This document shows positions 13,577-25,324 of a stretch of DNA of 64,000 nt, in pieces. The notes below the pieces were generated by a model. It worked only from the letters and a program-made list of their open reading frames with translations. It was not told where the DNA came from and made no database searches. Made by a program: the position numbers and the translations under genes. The stretch is from the NCBI RefSeq assembly GCF_009914755.1, contig NC_060936.1. One strand, 5' to 3'. Positions within the stretch are counted from its first letter, which is position 1. Each line of letters starts with the position of its first letter. The DNA comes from the human T2T-CHM13v2.0 reference genome, Homo sapiens.

Positions 13577-13911
13577 TTTTTTTTTTTTTTTTGAGATGGA
13601 GTCTCACTCTGTTGCCCAGGCTGGAGTGCAGTGGCGCGATCCTGGCTCATTGCAAGCGCCGCCTCCCAGGTTCACGCGATTCTCCTGCCTCAAGCTCCGC
13701 CTCCCGGGTTCACACCATTCTCCTGCCTCAGTCTCTCGAGTAGCTGAGACTACAGGCGCCCGCCACCACGCCTGGCTAATTTTTTGTATTTTCAGTGGAG
13801 ACGGGGTTTCACCGTGTTAGCCAGGATGGTCTCGATCTCCTGACCTCGTGATCCACCTGCCTCGGCCTCCCAGAGTGCTGGGATTACAGGCGTGAGCCAC
13901 TGCACCCGGCC
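13577..13911 (-). mobile_element. AluY-like SINE, antisense, with an internal 38-bp duplication
   Basis: Poly-T followed by the reverse-complement Alu body ending CCCGGCC. TSD TGCCTTGCCTTCTCT at 13561-13575 and 13912-13926. Confidence 0.95.
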
Positions 13912-16900
13912 TGCCTTGCCTTCTCTTTAGATTCCTCAAGGACAAGGATGCATCAGTCCATCTCCCTGAGGCATGGACAGTGCCTCACAGAGCCCACCCA
14001 GTCAGTATCTGCGGAGTTCATTTGTCTTCTGTGCTCCACCTGGCCAGCATCAGCACTGAGCACTCCAGGAAGAGACATTTCCAACCCTGGGCCGTTCACC
14101 TCCCAGCACCTGGAGTTGGGAGCACTCAGCTTATTAACAGGGCAGAAACTCCCAGGTTGCACGCACAGCACCGAATCCTGAAGGGCACAGGCCAAGACCC
14201 TCTCTCCATCCCGAGACCTTTAGTCAGGATTGTGGGTGTGGTTGATGACAGCTGATATCTGGGTAGCAATTTATGGTTCACTGAACACTTTTACATCCAT
14301 GATCTCATTTGATCTTCATAGCAACTACTCAGGGGGACAAACTGGGTGATGGCCTACGCTGTAGCTGAAGTGGAGAGAGACTGGCACCTCCTCCAAGGCC
14401 ATGCGTTAAATACCCACTGAGCCAATGGAGCCCTGGTCATCCATCTCTAATCCAGTGACCTCCCAACCCCAGCCGGCCCTCCTGACTTGATCATTGTGGT
14501 GATGCCAGTGCTGTAGCCTTGGGCACTCATTCCATTGTCTAATGACCCTCACTGTCCAATAATTCTTTTTTGTCTGTAATGGAAATTCCACATGCTTTAG
14601 GGGTTTGTTCTGCTCTCAGTGGAGATGACGACAAGCCACCCAGAATAATAGCTCTACTTTTTAGTCTTCAGCCTTGAAGCTGTCCTCTCCCTAACCAGCC
14701 CAGGCTGGCTCTTCTGTCCTTGTGGGTTTGCTGGAACACAGACCATCCCATCCACCCTGGTGACTTCTACCACATCCTGCACTTAGAGCAACTTCCAGCA
14801 TGACGCAGAAGGAGGGACAGTGTGTTCTGCGTTGGCTCAGCCCGTCTGCAGAACAGTCATGTCACTTTGGAAGAGCCTGAGTTTGAGAGGGATGTGTGTC
14901 TGCTCATATGAATACTTCTTGATCATTTAGTTTCTGTCATCAGTATCTGGGGAGTGGAGAATCGTTGCTGAGGGCTTCTGAAGAGCAGGGGAGAAAATAG
15001 ATCACGTTGACAGTCAGCATAAGGTCATGGGGGTGAAGGGCAAAGGGAAGCTGAGTTGCTGCTGGACAGTGTGGTCTACTGACATGTCTCCTGGGATCGT
15101 GACCATCATGAGGGCAGGCGGTCAATGGCTGGTCAGAGCTATACCCAGCTTTCTAGTACAGTGATCCTAAAGGACATGGCTGAAGCGTGTTGAAATCCTC
15201 CTTTGTAATGAAAATTCTCCCCTGCAAGGGGAGAAGTAGCTTCTATGAAATTTCCAGCAGAGGTTTCCAAGCCAGGGAGGTTGAGGTAGGTCAGGGAGGC
15301 CGCAGGTGCTTATCTAAGTGGCACTGCCACAGTCTTTGAGTTTCCATTACTGGCCTCCTGGATTCAGTGGAGTCCTGCTAGACGTTGTCATTGCAGGGCA
15401 ACCAAACCCAGCCCCGGGCCCATGGGAATGAACATACATATCTTCTAATGGTTAGAGAAATAAATTGCTTTATAACCAAAATACCCTTTTGGTTATGTGT
15501 CTCTCTTGGAAAAATAATCAGAAACAGCTGCCCTGCAGTTCTCCAGAGAATGGAGTCTTCCTAGTTTCCATGAAGCGAAAATGTTTCGGAAATCAGAACT
15601 GAATGAGGCTGGGGCGAGAGGTGGGGCTGAGGATGGACTCCTGGCACCTCCTCTGATTGATCCTAAATCACTTTCTCACTCTGGCCTTCGGTTTCTGCAT
15701 CTGTTAAGAGGGCTAATGAAACCTGTTTCTTACTGCAACTTGACACCATGAAAATTTAGTCTCTCATCTGCAGCAGGCTTAGGCAAAGTGGCTGGCCACA
15801 TAAAACAGCTTGAATCCTTGAGCATGGTGGATGGAGTTTGTTTAATGAGTGAAGCTGTGTAGCCCACTCCATGTCTGTCCTACCATTAAAATTTTTATTG
15901 TTATTTGTGAAGTATCCACTGGAGTTCAGAAAAAGACTGCACACCACTAAATCAAGTTGGCTCAGCTCCTGCTGCGGTTAAAATGAGTGCTGTAACCCCA
16001 ATTAATAACGATTTTTTTCCACCAGAGATGGCTGCTTGGATGAATGTATTATTTGCTGGGGGCTCTTGTGGGGCTTGCTTGAAGTGTGTAAATAGTCCGC
16101 CTGAAAAAGAAAGTCCAAAAAAGGGCTGGTTTAGACAGAGTGGCCTCTGCAATCTGGCCACAGTCAAAGGCTTCTTCACATCAGCAGCTCTGATACGATA
16201 CACAAACGTTTGGGTTGTAGGACAGTGTAGAAAGAGGACCCTCTGGGAGGCCAACGTGCTGAGTGGAAGGTGGAAGGACATGGAAAGCAGCAACCGTGCA
16301 GCTGAGGCTAAGAAGCCCCGGAGCAGGCTTGGGGGCTTCTTGTGTGAGTCATCATTTGTCCTCCACTGTCTATCAAGAAGCAGGGACAAGAGTTATGCAC
16401 TTTAAATGTCAAGGTTGCCTTTGTAGGTGGTAGAGGCCTGGTGGGTTCCAGGAGATTATTCAGGTTCTATGTAGAGCAAATTCCAGATCAGATGAAGGTG
16501 TTTGTGCGGGGACAGCTGTATGTTTTCTGTTACAGACCTGTTAGGTCAAACCCCTTCTTTCTTTTTTCTAAGCTCTTACTCTTCCCCAGTTTTTACTTCC
16601 CAAGACTTTCTTGGGTCCTTCCAAGTCCTCCTTAGAGGATGGCACTTTGCTGGGTCCATGGGTTTAACTTTTTTTTTTTTTTTCAGTCTTTCCCATACAT
16701 TCGAGTTAGCTTGAAAGTGTTGATGGCCCTCTCCCGCAAAAGGAATATCATTTACTCCCTACCCCTTGTGTTACATGGGCAGGGGAAGGAGGGAGTTTCT
16801 AGCTCATGTTCCCGGAAGGGAAGGTATGGCAGGAACACATCCCACTTTTCCCTGTCTCTTTATGCCCTTGTCCCCAGGGGAGAAGTGACCTATCTGACTG

Positions 16901-19529
16901 GTGAGTTTGGTGTAGCCCCTTCTGGGACTCTCTTTTGAATCCACTTATCCCCAAAGAAGGGTTCACCAAGTTATTGGGACTGATCTGGCCCTGTGGGGAA
17001 AACCTGTGATGGTCTCACCTTCTGGCAGGGTAAGTACATTTAATAGTGGTTGAAATATTAGGAAGTCCTTCGAAGCCCGTCTAAGCCACTTCCTCCATTT
17101 TATAATTTGTTTCTAATCAAGCTTTTGGTTTGATTTAATCTGTGTGTCCTATATCTTACTTCTTAATTGGTTCTGAGTTTATAAGGGGCAGAAAGGATGA
17201 TTATTTATTGGCTGCCACCCAAAGGCTTAGAACTCCTCCTTGGTCATTGACTGATCCATGTGGAAGGCTCTCCAAGCAGCTCTGGGTACAGTGGAGGCCA
17301 AACATATGTGCATACTTTTCCCCACCAGGGTACTATTTGCAAGTCATTGGAACCTAAGTCCGTGGCTTCTGTTTTCTAAGAACATCTGCTGTGGAAATGC
17401 TATTCTTTTCCTCTTTCTTCATCCCTGAAATAATGATACCTTCCTCGCAGGAGGGTGTTGAGGATTAAATAAAATCAAGCACATTCACACACGTAGGTAG
17501 TCAGTAAATGTCAGTTTCTGCCTCTCCGTCCATCCACTGGTAACCTACATTGTTTAAGTAGCGCTTACCACTATTCATTCTGATGTCCAAAGTATGCCTC
17601 TCATGTTGCAATGGAAGATTTCTTCTATCTCATTGGGAGCACTTAATAACCTTTAATACATGATGTGAAAACCTTCTGTCTCACATGCCTGATTTATGGG
17701 ATCACTGGAGAGAGAAAACTTTGAAACCAACAGGGAAGTAAGGGATGCGTACTGAGTGGGAGAAGCAACAGTACTGGGATCCAGGGGAGGGCTGGATGGG
17801 AAGGGCTCAGTCATGGATAGGACTGAGGGTGTGCTGGTGAGCCTGGAAGCCATCACTGGGTGACCAACCTCACCTGGGCACTTCTTAGTTTGGATGTGCC
17901 TTATTTAAAGTAAAACTTGACACAGTCCAGAAAAACTCGCAATGCAAAAACAACTCACTTTTCTGGAGCTTTACTGTGTGTGCCCAGCACTGTGCTCACC
18001 ACTCGAGAGCCCCTAGGCAGGCACCCTCCCTCCAGTTGTTCTCAGGGAGTGGGGTGGAGAGTATCAGTACAGAGGAGAGCCTCAAACGACCCCAGACTCT
18101 GTCTGTCAGTATGCTTCTGGAGGATGTAGGCTGAGTCTTATCTTCTCAACCGCCAGTTGTCTGTAGTGGCCCTTCCATTTCATGTCTTCCTTAGACACAT
18201 ACTCCAGTCTGTTGTTTTGAGTGTTGGCTGTGAACTCTGTAACCCTGTATTTTCTGTTTTCCTCTTAGTATGAGAACGAAGGTGTGGGCCCGGATTGCCC
18301 CATTACTCTTGTGTCCTGTGCACCTTTTGTATCGTGCTGCGGCAAACTGGCACAGGGGATGTCAGCTCCGCACCCTCTGCTGTGGATTGTCCAGGGTCCA
18401 GGCTTCCCCTTCCTACTGCTCACCCCTGTCCCCTTTGCTGTTAACACCTGCCCGTGGGATAAGGGAAAAGAAAAAAGCCACTCAAACTACTCCATTGTGA
18501 GATTTGCTATGGAGTCAGGGCTGAAGTGGGGTTGGTTGACTTGCAGAATCTGTGAATGGGGGACGATATATGTTGAGAAAGTGCCTGGGTGATTCTGATA
18601 CGTCCCATCTACACTTTGAGAACTACAGGTTCATTACCACTGCCAAGAAAAAGATCTTTTCATATCCCCCCGTCCTCTCTTCACTTGGATGGCAGTTGAG
18701 TCTCTGAAAGAGATTCATCCCGAAGGTCTTTTAAGTGAAGAGAGGCAAAGCTTAGCTTAGTATTTCCTTTCTGAAGAGCACATACCCCTGTGTAAAATTG
18801 AGGAGCAACAGCCTTAAATGGAAGCAGCTGTGATTCCCCGCCCCTGTGAAGGGGCTGTGGCCCTGCAGATGCCACGGCTGTGGATGCGTAGAGCTTGGGT
18901 ACCCTCCCTGGCTTCATGGCTGACCTGCTGTGTGACCTTGGGCAAGTCAGATTTCCTCTCTGTTTGCCATCTGCAAAATATGGATACAGACCCGTGCTCC
19001 CTCCTGGTTTTACTGAGGTACTGTGAGAGCCAGTGAAATCACGGTTATGGGATGCTCAGCATTCTGCTGCAGAAAAAAAAAAAAAAAAAACCTAGTTACT
19101 AGGAAAGCACCATTCCCCAGGTGTGGGAGTTCTCAGTACCTGTGTGGAGTTTGCTAACAGACCTGGGGTCATTCGGGGTGTGACAGGCAGGCCCTCTCTC
19201 CTAGATCCAGGTCCATTTACTAATGTCCTTGCCCATCCATGCCTGCAAGAAGGAAGAGATGTCTGAACTGCCAGGAGGTGGTGGCTACAGATGGTCCCTG
19301 GCACAGCAAGAAGGCAGTGCCAATCAAAGGAGGTCGGCCTCTTCAATTAGAACTCTGAGCAGATGGGGCTGAGGCAGCCAGAAGGGGCACTTCCCAGTTT
19401 ACTAAGTGTGTGACAGTAAGCTGGTGGCCTTCAGAAGACCAGGAGGGTCACCTGGTTCATTTCCTTTCTGGAAGGAAGGGCAGTGTTTAGGATAAGTCAG
19501 ATGAGATTCCTCCTCATTGGACAGATAAT

Positions 19530-19624
19530 AAGCTTTATTGTGAGTTAAGCAATATGCTTGGCCCTACGGATATCACATTAAACAAAATAGACCTGACCCT
19601 GACCTTACTAGTTTACAATCACAC
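19530..19624 (-). mobile_element. Diverged L2 3'-end remnant running into the first VNTR unit
   Basis: GCAATATGCTTGGCCCTACGGATATCACATTAAACAAAATAGACCTGACCCTGACCTTACTAGTTTACAATC aligns by eye with the recalled L2 segment GCACTGTGCTAGGCGCTGGGGATACAGCAGTGAACAAAACAGACAAGGTCCCTGCCCTCATGGAGCTTACAATC. Confidence 0.6.
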
Positions 19625-22600
19625 GATCCTGACCTTACTAGTTTACAATCACAGGATCCTGACCTGACTAGTTTACAATCACACGACCCTGACCTGACTA
19701 GTTTACAATCACACGACCCTGACCTTACTAGTTTACAACCACACGACCCTGACCTGACTAGTTTACAATCACACGACCCTGACCTGACTAGTTTACAATC
19801 ACACGACCCTGACCTGACTAGTTTACAATCACACGATCCTGACCTGACTACTTTACAATCACACGATCCTGACCTTGCTAGTTTACAATCACACGATCCT
19901 GACCTTACTAGTTTACAATCACAGGATCCTGACCTGACTAGTTTACAATCACACAACCCTGACCTGACTAGTTTACAATCACACGATCCTGACCTGACTA
20001 GTTTACAATCACACGATCCTGACCTTGCTAGTTTACAATCACACGATCCTGACCTTACTAGTTTACAATCACACGATCCTGACCTTGCTAGTTTACAATC
20101 ACACGACCCTGACCTGACTAGTTTACAATCACACGACCCTGACCTGACTAGTTTACAACCACACGACCCTGACCTGACTAGTTTACAACCACACGACCCT
20201 GACCTGACTAGTTTACAACCACACGACCCTGACCTGACTAGTTTACAACCACACGATCCTGACCTGACTAGTTTACAATCACACGACCCTGACCTGACTA
20301 GTTTACAATCACACGACCCTGACCTGACTAGTTTACAATCACACGACCCTGACCTGACTAGTTTACAATCACACTATCCTGACCTGACTAGTTTACAATC
20401 ACACGACCCTGACCTGACTAGTTTACAGTCACACGACCCTGACCTGACTAGTTTACAATCACACGACCCTGACCTGACTAGTTTACAATCACACGACCCT
20501 GACCTGACTAGTTTACAGTCACACGACCCTGACCTGACTAGTTTACAACCACACGACCCTGACCTGACTAGTTTACAATCACACGACCCTGACCTGACTA
20601 GTTTACAATCACACTATCCTGACCTGACTAGTTTACAATCACACGACCCTGACCTGACTAGTTTACAATCACACGACCCTGACCTGACTAGTTTACAGTC
20701 ACACGACCCTGACCTGACTAGTTTACAATCACACGACCCTGACCTGACTAGTTTACAATCACACGACCCTGACCTGACTAGTTTACAGTCACACGATCCT
20801 GACCTGACTAGTTTACAATCACACGACCCTGACCTGACTAGTTTACAATCACACGACCCTGACCTGACTAGTTTACAATCACACGATCCTGACCTGACTA
20901 GTTTACAATCACACGACCCTGACCTGACTAGTTTACAATCACACGACCCTGACCTGACTAGTTTACAGTCACACGATCCTGACCTGACTAGTTTACAACC
21001 ACACGACCCTGACCTGACTAGTTTACAATCACACGACCCTGACCTGACTAGTTTACAATCACACTATCCTGACCTGACTAGTTTACAATCACACGACCCT
21101 GACCTGACTAGTTTACAATCACACGACCCTGACCTGACTAGTTTACAGTCACACGATCCTGACCTGACTAGTTTACAATCACACGACCCTGACCTGACTA
21201 GTTTACAATCACACGACCCTGACCTGACTAGTTTACAGTCACACGATCCTGACCTGACTAGTTTACAATCACACGACCCTGACCTGACTAGTTTACAATC
21301 ACACGACCCTGACCTGACTAGTTTACAACCACACGACCCTGACCTGACTAGTTTACAATCACACGACCCTGACCTTACTAGTTTACAATCACACGATCCT
21401 GACCTGACTAGTTTACAATCACACGATCCTGACCTTGCTAGTTTACAATCACACGACCCTGACCTGACTAGTTTACAACCACACGACCCTGACCTGACTA
21501 GTTTACAATCACACGACCCTGACCTGACTAGTTTACAACCACACGACCCTGACCTGACTAGTTTACAACCACACGACCCTGACCTTACTAGTTTACAACC
21601 ACACGACCCTGACCTGACTAGTTTACAACCACACGACCCTGACCTTACTAGTTTACAATCACACGATCCTGACCTTGCTAGTTTACAATCACACGACCCT
21701 GACCTGACTAGTTTACAATCACACGACCCTGACCTGACTAGTTTACAATCACACGACCCTGACCTGACTAGTTTACAATCACACAATCCTGACCTTGCTA
21801 GTTTACAATCACACGATCCTGACCTTACTAGTTTACAATCACAGGATCCTGACCTGACTAGTTTACAATCACACGACCCTGACCTGACTAGTTTACAATC
21901 ACACGACCCTGACCTTACTAGTTTACAACCACACGATCCTGACCTGACTAGTTTACAATCACACGACCCTGACCTGACTAGTTTACAATCACACGATCCT
22001 GACCTGACTAGTTTACAATCACACGACCCTGACCTGACTAGTTTACAACCACACGACCCTGACCTGACTAGTTTACAATCACACGATCCTGACCTGACTA
22101 GTTTACAATCACACGATCCTGACCTTGCTAGTTTACAATCACACGATCCTGACCTTACTAGTTTACAATCACAGGATCCTGACCTGACTAGTTTACAATC
22201 ACACGACCCTGACCTGACTAGTTTACAACCACACGACCCTGACCTGACTAGTTTACAACCACACGACCCTGACCTGACTAGTTTACAATCACACGATCCT
22301 GACCTGACTAGTTTACAATCACACGACCCTGACCTGACTAGTTTACAACCACACGACCCTGACCTGACTAGTTTACAATCACACGATCCTGACCTGACTA
22401 GTTTACAATCACACGATCCTGACCTTGCTAGTTTACAATCACACGATCCTGACCTTACTAGTTTACAATCACAGGATCCTGACCTGACTAGTTTACAATC
22501 ACACGACCCTGACCTGACTAGTTTACAACCACACGACCCTGACCTGACTAGTTTACAACCACACGACCCTGACCTGACTAGTTTACAATCACACGACCCT

Positions 22601-25324
22601 GACCTGACTAGTTTACAATCACACGACCCTGACCTGACTAGTTTACAATCACATGATCCTGACCTTGCTAGTTTACAATCACACGATCCTGACCTGACTA
22701 GTTTACAATCACACGACCCTGACCTGACTAGTTTACAATCACACTATCCTGACCTGACTAGTTTACAATCACACTATCCTGACCTGACTAGTTTACAATC
22801 ACACTATCCTGACCTGACTAGTTTACAATCACACTATCCTGACCTGACTAGTTTACAATCACACGATCCTGACCTGACTAGTTTACAATCACACTATCCT
22901 GACCTGACTAGTTTACAATCACACTATCCTGACCTGACTAGTTTACAACCACACGACCCTGACCTGACTAGTTTACAATCACACGACCCTGACCTGACTA
23001 GTTTACAATCACACGATCCTGACCTTGCTAGTTTACAATCACACGATCCTGACCTTACTAGTTTACAATCACACGACCCTGACCTGACTAGTTTACAACC
23101 ACACGACCCTGACCTGACTAGTTTACAATCACACGATCCTGACCTTGCTAGTTTACAATCACAGGATCCTGACCTGACTAGTTTACAATCACACGACCCT
23201 GACCTGACTAGTTTACAACCACACGACCCTGACCTGACTAGTTTACAATCACACGACCCTGACCTGACTAGTTTACAATCACACGATCCTGACCTTGCTA
23301 GTTTACAATCACACGACCCTGACCTGACTAGTTTACAATCACACGACCCTGACCTGACTAGTTTACAATCACACGACCCTGACCTTACTAGTTTACAATC
23401 ACACGATCCTGACCTGACTAGTTTACAATCACACGATCCTGACCTTGCTAGTTTACAATCACACGATCCTGACCTGACTAGTTTACAATCACACGATCCT
23501 GACCTTGCTAGTTTACAATCACACGACCCTGACCTGACTAGTTTACAATCACACTATCCTGACCTGACTAGTTTACAATCACAAGACCCTGACCTGACTA
23601 GTTTACAATCACACGACCCTGACCTGACTAGTTTACAATCACACGATCCTGACCTGACTAGTTTACAATCACACGACCCTGACCTGACTAGTTTACAACC
23701 ACACGACCCTGACCTGACTAGTTTACAATCACACGATCCTGACCTGACTAGTTTACAATCACACGACCCTGACCTGACTAGTTTACAATCACACGACCCT
23801 GACCTGACTAGTTTACAATCACACGACCCTGACCTGACTAGTTTACAATCACACGACCCTGACCTGACTAGTTTACAATCACACGACCCTGACCTGACTA
23901 GTTTACAATCACACGACCCTGACCTGACTAGTTTACAATCACACTATCCTGACCTGACTAGTTTACAATCACACTATCCTGACCTGACTAGTTTACAACC
24001 ACACGACCCTGACCTGACTAGTTTACAACCACACGACCCTGACCTTACTAGTTTACAATCACACGACCCTGACCTTACTAGTTTACAATCACACGACCCT
24101 GACCTGACTAGTTTACGATCACATGACCCTGACCTGACTAGTTTACGATCACACGATCCTGACCTGACTAGTTTACAATCACACGATCCTGACCTGACTA
24201 GTTTACAATCACACGATCCTGACCTTACTAGTTTACAATCACAGGATCCTGACCTGACTAGTTTACAATCACACGACCCTGACCTGACTAGTTTACAACC
24301 ACACGACCCTGACCTGACTAGTTTACAACCACACGACCCTGACCTGACTAGTTTACAATCACACGACCCTGACCTGACTAGTTTACGACCACACGACCCT
24401 GACCTGACTAGTTTACGACCACACGACCCTGACCTGACTAGTTTACAATCACACGACCCTGACCTGACTAGTTTACAATCACACGATCCTGACCTGACTA
24501 GTTTACAATCACACGATCCTGACCTGACTAGTTTACAATCACACGATCCTGACCTGACTAGTTTACAATCACACGATCCTGACCTGACTAGTTTACAATC
24601 ACACGATCCTGACCTTGCTAGTTTACAATCACACGATCCTGACCTTGCTAGTTTACAACCACACGATCCTGACCTGACTAGTTTACAATCACACGATCCT
24701 GACCTGACTAGTTTACAGTCACATGATCCTGACCTGACTAGTTTACAATCACACGATCCTGACCTTGCTAGTTTACAATCACACTATCCTGACCTTACTA
24801 GTTTACAATCACAAGACCCTGACCTGACTAGTTTACAATCACACGATCCTGACCTGACTAGTTTACAATCACACGACCCTGACCTGACTAGTTTACAATC
24901 ACACGATCCTGACCTTACTAGTTTACAATCACACGATCCTGACCTTACTAGTTTACAATCACAAGACCCTGACCTGACTAGTTTACAATCACACGATCCT
25001 GACCTGACTAGTTTACAATCACACGATCCTGACCTGACTAGTTTACAATCACACGATCCTGACCTGACTAGTTTACAATCACACGATCCTGACCTGACTA
25101 GTTTACAATCACACGATCCTGACCTTACTAGTTTACAATCACACGACCCTGACCTGACTAGTTTACAATCACACGATCCTGACCTGACTAGTTTACAATC
25201 ACACGATCCTGACCTTGCTAGTTTACAATCACACGACCCTGACCTGACTAGTTTACAATCACACGATCCTGACCTGACTAGTTTACAATCACACGATCCT
25301 GACCTTACTAGTTTACAATCACAC
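19595..25324 (+). repeat. 30-bp VNTR, 191 units (5730 bp), consensus GACCCTGACCTGACTAGTTTACAATCACAC; CACNA1C intron-3 human-specific tandem repeat
   Basis: Directly visible. Every 60-nt line stays in register, so there are no indels. Twelve substitution types were seen: G1T, G1A, C3T, G12T, A13G, G17C, A23G, A24G, T25C, C30G, C30T, C30A. Confidence 0.99.

Noticed and set aside
13596-13820. [16 protein letters not shown] (and similar ORFs at 29454, 30243, 30274, 40889)
   Set aside because: Typical antisense Alu translations.
15952-16405. Overlapping 140 and 145 aa ORFs on opposite strands
   Set aside because: No recognisable domain or splice context; lengths are within chance expectation for 64 kb.
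16520-18270. Isolated strong splice signals (acceptors near 16534 and 18268, donor near 17030)
   Set aside because: They do not pair into a typical-sized exon, and such pseudo-sites are common in long introns.
19595-25324. CRISPR-like array (30-bp periodic repeat)
   Set aside because: Units are head-to-tail with no unique spacers, there are no cas genes, and the context is primate DNA. It is a minisatellite.
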